Assembly (NCBI RefSeq): GCF_006345805.1
Contig: NC_043005.1
Span: forward strand, 71,858,001 to 71,922,000
DNA length: 64,000 nt
Origin: Octopus sinensis
Lineage: Eukaryota
Direction of reading: 5' to 3'
The notes below the pieces were generated by a model. The model was not told the DNA's origin. It did not search any database and saw nothing but the letters and a program-made list of their open reading frames with translations. Within the stretch, counting starts at the first letter, position 1, and each line of letters begins with the position of its first letter. This document shows, one piece after another, positions 56,561 through 64,000 of the stretch. The translations under genes and the position numbers were made by a program.

Positions 56561-56893
56561 CCTATATATATATATATATATATCAATGTTGCTTTTATGC
56601 CAAGTCTGATGAAGGCATGCAATCTGATATTTCAAAGTCACTGTCAACCACTTCTTTGCAAAATTTTGATATATGTAGACATACACACACACACACAAGT
56701 ACACATATTATACACATATAGAAACTTATAACGCATTTATTGTCATAACAGATACTTTCAATCTTTACTTAGCTGCATTGATACCTCTAACTTTGTAACA
56801 TGATATATATATATATATTATACAATATATGCTTGATGTATAGCCATTGTTTAAATTTTAATGCTTTGTCTACAGAAACACTTACACTCTCAC

Positions 56894-56936
<43 letters not shown>

Positions 56937-58119
56937 TATGTGTTTATGTGAAACAGTAATAAAATATATATAAACAATACATCAAATTTCTCATAATACA
57001 AACAAGTAGTAATAATAATTACACAATATCATTTGTCACCTGATATACAGAGGAAATATTTGAAGTGAGGAAATTAAATTCGTTTCCTTTCTTCTTTGAG
57101 ATTCCTGTTGAATCTCTATAACTATGTGATTGCATCCAATAGAAGACCACAACATAATTTGGACAAACATGCTCTTTAATTAACTTATAATTACAAACAA
57201 CACTCTGTGTAGTTGCTCAAATAATTTTTGGGAAACTTTTAAAAATTACATCAATCTTTATTTGTATAAATCCATTGATAAACTATTTTCAATATTTAAT
57301 GTTTTCCCCAAGTAATTATAAAATTCTTTTGTTAAAATATCTTTGATCCCTTAAAAATTAGTGTAATTTTTTTCTTTAATATTATTTATTCATAGCTATT
57401 AAATGAGAATTATAATACATTTGTCAGAGAGATTTAAAACCTTTATGAAAATCATAAAATGAAGACATAAAAATAAATTTGTCTTTTTGGTTTTGTTTAT
57501 TTTTCTGTTTTTCTTTTTGTATAGCATTTTACCATTCCTCTTGTTTTGTCCATTACTTAATATTTCCAAATAAATATTTTCTATGGAACATAAAAGTCAT
57601 TTTGAAAATTAAAAATATGTTCTTATTATAACAATGAATCATCATCTTCACCGTGATCATCATCATCGTCATCATCAGCTTCATCATCATTATCATCATC
57701 ATTGTCGTCATCATCACCATCATCATTATCATTATCGTCATCTTAAACATAATTGTCATCACTACTACCATCACCACCATTAACACCACTAATGTTTTTG
57801 CTTCTATTTTTTCCACCCCATATGAGGGCATGCAATGGGTTGGATGTGTATGCAGTGCAACATATTTCCACTTATTGTGGTCTTTTGTCATCTCATTTCA
57901 AATTTATTAATCAGTGTAAACAAAAAGAAAAAGTGTAAAACAACAGTAAATAATGATAAAGTAAAACAAAAATTTCATACAAACAAAATGAAATCTTATG
58001 GAAACGAAGAGTAAAACAACAAAAATAAATGTGATGATAATGATGATGATGATAGTAATAGTAATAATGATAATAATAATAGTATTAATAATAATAATAG
58101 CAATAATGATAATAATAAT

Positions 58120-58673
58120 GCCCTGGTGCAGTACCAGGCAGTGGCTCTCATGGCTTCTGATCTTAACTGATTGGAAGTGTTATCATGTACATTGTTTTGT
58201 CTTGGTATAAAAAATGGGCTACAGCAAATATTCTGCTCAATACCACAGATTTGCTTGTCAGTTGTTTGACCTTAACCAGTTGAGCATGTCCCTTAGTGGC
58301 TGACGATATGTGCATCTCTGATCACGAGCAGAAGTAGTGGGGGAGCATCATAGCCATGTGTTGAGAGGGATTCTTTGAGGTTTGAATAGTTCACCTCTGG
58401 AAAGATGGGTGGTTCTTTCAAAATCCTTAAACAACCCTTATTCAGGGACCGTTTGAGCGGGATGGGCTACTCAACCTGAAGAAAATTCTAACTGGGCCCC
58501 ACCTGCAAGGTCATGTGCTGTTTATCTTGATATGAGATCACCATGTCGCGCACATATGGTTGTGATGCATGTGCCTGGTGTACCTTTATCAGACGGGTAG
58601 TCATGATGGGTATATTGGGCTTCGTATATTTTACCCCAGTGTCACTTTGATGGCATGACTGCTCTCTCACTCA
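58120..58673 (+). mobile_element. Repeat family D, ~554 bp, flanked by (AAT)n on both sides
   Basis: gccctggtgcagtaccaggcagtgg ... gctctctcactcaat(aat)n; same termini as 29762-30315. Confidence 0.85.
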
Positions 58674-59502
58674 ATAATAATAATAATAATATTGATGATG
58701 ATGATGATGATGATGATAGTAATAATGATAATAATAATAATAATAATAATAGCAATTATAATAATAATAATGATGATAATAATAATAATAATAATAATAA
58801 TAGTAATGGAAAATAGCAAACAGAAAACAAATATAAAACTCAGATGAGATTCCAAAATTCTATTAATGACACAAGCAAGGTCAATATTACACATTTCATG
58901 TGAAATAAAATTTTTTTTCTTATCCAATATTCTATAATGACCTTTAAACAATAGAAGGAAACTTTCAAACTTAAAGAAATATATATATTTCCATTTCCAA
59001 CAGGTAATTGTATATTCAACATTATTGACGCCCTCTTGAATAATGTAGGAAAATTTTAACATTAAATTTATACGTCAAGTTTACAGAAATATTTCAGTAA
59101 ACAGCTTAAATTGTCAAAGGAAAACATCCCATCATTGCTAAAAGATAAGCAAAATAAAATTGGGAAATAGCTTATCTTTAAGGAAAACAATAAAATCATG
59201 ACACCATTTCCTTGTTGTTGGGTAATAACAAAAATTTCTCATTTAATCAGTCAACCATTTTCTTTTCTTTTATTTTTTTCTTCTTATCTTATACAAAAAA
59301 GGTACATTTATCATAATATGTAGTCTACAGATAAAAATAAATTTGTCTACACTTTTCTATATAAATGTAAATGAAATAAATGTTTTTCATTGATACACAT
59401 ACACACGTGCAGACACATATTTGTGTCTGTATTTATGTGTATGTTTATCTGTTTGTGTATATGTGTTTATCTGTGTGTACACATGTGTGTGTGTGTGTGC
59501 AC

Positions 59503-59572
<70 letters not shown>

Positions 59573-60295
59573 GGGAAAAATATAAGGAAATTGTTTGCAT
59601 AAATTTAAGTTAGTTTATTCGCAGCCTATTATCTCTAATATAAAACAGAGTTTATCTATGTAAAAAAAATATATTAATAATGTTTATGATGATGACGATG
59701 ATGATGATATCAATGGTGGTCACTATCATCATCACTATATTGCTTTGTATTCCAATGATGGCCTTGTCCACACACACACATGACACACATGCACACGCAC
59801 ACACATCAAAATGAACGAATCATTTGCTTTCATATCTGTACTTACACAGTTCATGCTTAACCTACAGTGCAGAGTGTAAACATTACTTTTATCTAAAGAG
59901 ACAAAGAACTTCAAATATGAATTACTGTTACTTATAACATACTTTTTATTATTGTTGTTGCTTAACTCCTTGTCAATCTGGATTGGACAAACACATATTT
60001 AAAATCATTCCGGCCATGATCGTCTTGTCATATTTTCCTTATGATATCTTTCATATCTAATATGTAACTGCCATCATTGTATCTCTTCCATTACTAACTA
60101 CCATAATTGTGTCACTTTTGTTACTCCTTCTCACCCTAGTTCTTTTGTCACTGTTCTCTCTTCTGGTCAACCTCTTGGTCAAATTGTCTCAAATGCAGAA
60201 GTGGCACAGCTAGAGTGTGTCACTTGGTGCAGCCTTTGTGTTCAACACCCTCCCTTTGCACACCCTGGGCTCCCAACCCTATACATACTTATATG

Positions 60296-60530
60296 TATTT
60301 CTTTATTGCCCACAGGGGGCTAAACACAGAGGGGGCAAACAAGTCCAGACAAAGGGATTAAGTCGATTACATCGACCCCAGTGCATAACTAGTATTTATT
60401 TAATCAACCCCAAAAGGATGAAAGGCGAAGTCGACCTCGGCAGAATTTGAACTCAGAACGTAATGGCAGGCGAAATACCACTAAGCATTTCACCCAGCGT
60501 GTTAACGATTCTGCCAGCTCACCACCATAT
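60296..60530 (-). mobile_element. SINE family B, variant 3' end (gtgtttagcccc..gggcaataaagaaat)
   Basis: Canonical B head on the minus strand. The same variant tail occurs as + fragments at 50946-51044 and 63745-63850. Confidence 0.8.
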
Positions 60531-60729
60531 ACATACTTATATAGCAAATTCAGAAGTGCTACTCCCATGAAAATGCCTGTTTCACCCCCCCTTCTCACAA
60601 CCACCATCAAACTACTGAAACAGAGACACTGTTGGACGCTATGTAAACGTAGTGAGAACTCTTTAGGTTTGAGACAACCTCACTGATGCTGGTAAATGAT
60701 AGAGGTTACTTAGTACATATGTATATGTG

Positions 60730-60945
60730 TGTGTGTGTGTGTGTATATTTGTGTGTCTGTGTTTGTCACCCCAACATCGCTTGACAACCGATGGTGGTTT
60801 GTTTATGTCCCCGTCACTTAGCAGTTCAGCAAAAGAGACTGATAGAATAAGTACTAGGCTTCCAAAGAATAAGTCCTGGGGTCGATTTGCTCGACTAAAG
60901 GCGGTGCTCCAGCATAGCTGCAGTCAAAATGAAACAAGTAAAAGA
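60730..60945 (+). mobile_element. SINE family A, 3' half
   Basis: tttgtcaccccaacatcgcttgacaaccgat..gaataagtcctggggtcgatttgctcgactaaaggcggtgctccagcat..aaacaagtaaaagagtaa. Confidence 0.8.
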
Positions 60946-61699
60946 GTAATTCAGAATCACTGCCATCTACAAAGGCAGTAACTCTGAATCAGTAAAACTG
61001 ATTTGAACTGTAGAACTTCATGTAACCCATGCCAGCATGGAAACGGGTGTAAAGATATAAAGATGACAATTAACTTATTAAAGTCTACATTATTCAATGT
61101 GTCCTTTTCAAGATGGAAGACTAAAATTTGAAAGCTATTTGGTTGTTATTTCTACCAGGCCAACCAGGCAATCTTACAGAGGGCTTCCTCATTGTGTTAA
61201 AATACTCTTAGTTGTAAGCAATGAAGATTTCAACACTGTATTGATGAATCAGTTTAATTTGTACTATTTGCAATTAAATGAGTGCTTTGTTTGAACCAAG
61301 ACAATTGATCCATCTACCAATAGTAACACACTTCTAATCATTCTCATGATTCTTTTCAGCTCAGTGTTCTCTATTATTATTAAAGTGTTGCAATTCCTAA
61401 AGGCTAATAGTGTGGATATGAAGTATGAAGAATTGGATATTTATTTAAATATCTCTGCATATAGATTAAGTTCATTCCAGAATAATTAGATGTTTAGTGC
61501 TGAACATATTATATGAATGAATGAATGAAGGAATGAATGAATGAATGTATGCATGCATGCATGTGTGTGTGTGTTTGCGTGTGTATGTGTGTGTGTGCAG
61601 TCATATATAGTAATTATCTGCTGACAATTGTGCACACATACATGTTTGAATGTATGAATGTGTGTATGTGTGCATTCATATTAGTTTCCAGTCTTGCCA

Positions 61700-61895
61700 G
61701 AAGGCCAAAATTTCAGGGAAGGAATTAAGTCAATTGCATCAACACCAGTATTCAACTGGTACTTATTTTATCGAACCCCCAAAAGGCTGAAAGCAAAGTC
61801 AACCTCCGTGAAAATTGAACTCAGAACATTAAAAAAAAAAAGACAGACAAAATACTGCAAAGCATTTTGCCTTGTGTGCTCACAATTCTTCTAGT
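61700..61895 (-). mobile_element. SINE family B
   Basis: aaggccaaaatttcaggg..caactggtacttatttta..aaagtcaacctcc..aattgaactcagaac..gcattttgcc. Confidence 0.75.
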
Positions 61896-62451
61896 TCACC
61901 ACCTTCAACATACATATCCATATTAACACCAATTAAGTAAATTTCATTATCAGGTTTTCGTTTTTCTAAGACCTTCCAATTCAATTTGGATGAGAAGGAA
62001 TTAGGATATATCATTTCTCCATACATTTCCTAGAACTTCAGTGTCATATTAACACTGCATTGAAATTTAAAATCCGGCTTTATCATAAATTCCAATGGAA
62101 ATTGAAGCACTGTTTAACTATTCTATTCTATATAATACAGTTTTTGATCTAGCATTTTGCAAGCACTAATTATATATATCATATTATCTCTTTTTCCTAC
62201 TCAGTCAACATTCAGTTCTTAATTGAATCACTAGGTTGGTTTAGGATATTGACAATTTTCGCATCTAATGTTTTCTTCATATTCTTGGTAAAAGAGAAGA
62301 ACTGTTTTAACACTAGAGGGCGTATATGAACTTAATAAATAGTTTGGCGGAAATTTACAGGAAAAGTCTAGATTCAGTAAATCTAATTTGGGTAATAGAC
62401 TTAATCCATTGTATGATTGCAAGTATTTATTCTAAGAATGTCTGGAGTGGT

Positions 62452-62844
62452 GCAGGAGTGGCTGTGTGGTAAATAGCTTGCTTACCAACCACTTTGGTTC
62501 TGGGGTCAGTCCCACTGCATGGCACCTTAAGCAATTGTCTTCTGCTATAGTTTTGGGCTGACCAAAGCCTTGTAAGTGGATTTGGTAGATGGAAAGTGAA
62601 AAAAAGCCCATTATATGTTTCTGTGTGTGTGTTTGTATATGTTTGTCCCCTCACTATCACTTGACAACAGTTGTTGGTGTGTTTACGTTACCATAACTTA
62701 ACAGTTCAGCATAAGAGACCAATAGAATAAGTACTAGGCTTACAAAGAATAAGTCCTGGGGTTGAGTTGTTTGACTAAAAGCATTGCTCCAGCATGGTCA
62801 CAGTCAAATGACTGAAACAAGTAAAAGAATAAAAGAAAAAGAAT
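62452..62844 (+). mobile_element. SINE family A, full length
   Basis: gcaggagtggctgtgtggtaaatagcttgcttaccaacc through gactgaaacaagtaaaagaataaaag. Confidence 0.85.
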
Positions 62845-63240
62845 AATGATCTCACGAGTCATAGTTTCATTCACCCTTCTTTAGTCAAGGAATCTGGGAA
62901 AATGCTCAGTACTTACTTGTGTATAAGTCACACTATTTTAAACTAGATTTTCACTGAGAAAACTGGAGTGCAAATTTCAAATGGGGCAAAGCTAAAACTA
63001 TGAAGAGAAAAAAATATTACACTAAGAATTAACATTAATTAAGGAGTGTGATTTACACAGGTAATTACAATAATTGTCATGATACTTCCTACACAAAACT
63101 ATAATAAAAATAATCCCAATACTTTTAAGTAGAACTATGATTAAAAAAATTCTATCGATGTCAATACCTTCTTATTTTTTAAGACTGAAACAATTTGTAT
63201 TCAATTTGTCCTTCTTTTTTAAAGATTGTAAGATGTGATT

Positions 63241-63359
63241 AAAAGGGTACGAGACTGTTATTCTGCTGGTTGGACTCAGTAACAAACCATACAAAACTTC
63301 AAAGGGGACCAGACTGTTATTCTATTGGTTGGATTCAGTGACAATCGATACAAACCTTC
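63241..63359. repeat. Two-copy 59-bp tandem repeat
   Basis: agactgttattct at 63252 and 63311; the units are otherwise about 75-80% alike. Confidence 0.85.
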
Positions 63360-64000
63360 AATGCAGAAACATACCTACATGTGTTCCAGAGTAAAATCGA
63401 TTTATTTATACCTGCTTTGTATGATACAAACAAGACTCTTAAATTCTTGTTCTACTTACCATATTAATTGTGCTATATAAGTTCCACACCTTTGACTAAT
63501 TGAATTTACTTTGGATTTTTTTAGTGAGCTTTCCTTTGATAAATGCTTAATTTTTTATAATGAATCAGGTCGTGTAACTAAAGTACATATACATCCATAC
63601 ATAAATACATACACAAATACATACATGAATACATACCTACATACATACATACGTATGTATATGTACTTCAGTTACAAGTCTTGATTCTTCTAAAAGATTA
63701 CATATCATCATCGTTTAACATGTATCTTCCTTGCTTTGATTTCGAGGTCGATTAAGTAAGTACCAGTTACGTACTGGGGTCGATATAATCGACTTAATCC
63801 ATTTGTTTGTCCTCTCTGTGTTTAGCCCCTTGTGGGTAGTAAAGAAATAAGTATTTTAAAGAATTGTCAAATTCTTACCGATGGAATATTGCCCAAAATA
63901 TTCAAAGAAATAGGTACTGTCTATGTAAGTTAATAATAATTTGTAGTATAGGCACAAGGCCAATTTATGCCAATTAATAAAAGCAAATAGCTTCATTCCG

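Noticed and set aside
60045-60322. ~92-codon stop-free frame without a start codon
   Set aside because: The pyrimidine-rich strand depletes stops, the frame runs into a SINE, and part resembles a decayed DNA-transposon end (aagtggcacagctag..gtgtcac).
61097-61294. 65-aa non-repetitive-looking ORF
   Set aside because: Its first half is the reverse complement of repeat family E.
62917-62997. 81-nt minus-strand segment with strong acceptor and gtaagt donor
   Set aside because: Stops in all three frames. It also shows that such splice-like pairs can occur without coding potential.

Overview
AT-rich, microsatellite-saturated animal genomic DNA, most likely Octopus or another coleoid cephalopod. 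This is inferred from the recurring SINE families and the extreme (TA)n/(CA)n/(GATA)n/(ATT)n density. I found no intact protein-coding gene, RNA gene or CRISPR array that I can recognise, and nearly all listed ORFs are translated microsatellites or repeat fragments, so the window reads as intronic or intergenic. Supported content: a decayed RTE-clade LINE reverse-transcriptase region (about 5.0-6.4 kb), a decayed R4/Dong-like LINE (about 11.9-12.7 kb), dozens of copies of at least five short interspersed repeat families (my labels A-E plus a CORE-like tRNA SINE), three Helitron-like non-autonomous elements, a TTAA-flanked piggyBac-like MITE and a 1.2-kb tandem duplication. The most interesting signals are structural. 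They are an inverted pair of Penelope-like tails in which one copy carries a mutated minimal hammerhead ribozyme and the other has lost exactly that segment, several long fold-back palindromes that could be dsRNA/ADAR substrates, and a 554-bp element with fixed ends inserted twice in (TAA)n tracts. Candidate exons exist on both strands but none encodes a peptide I recognise. All alignments and translations were done by eye, and repeat boundaries are approximate.
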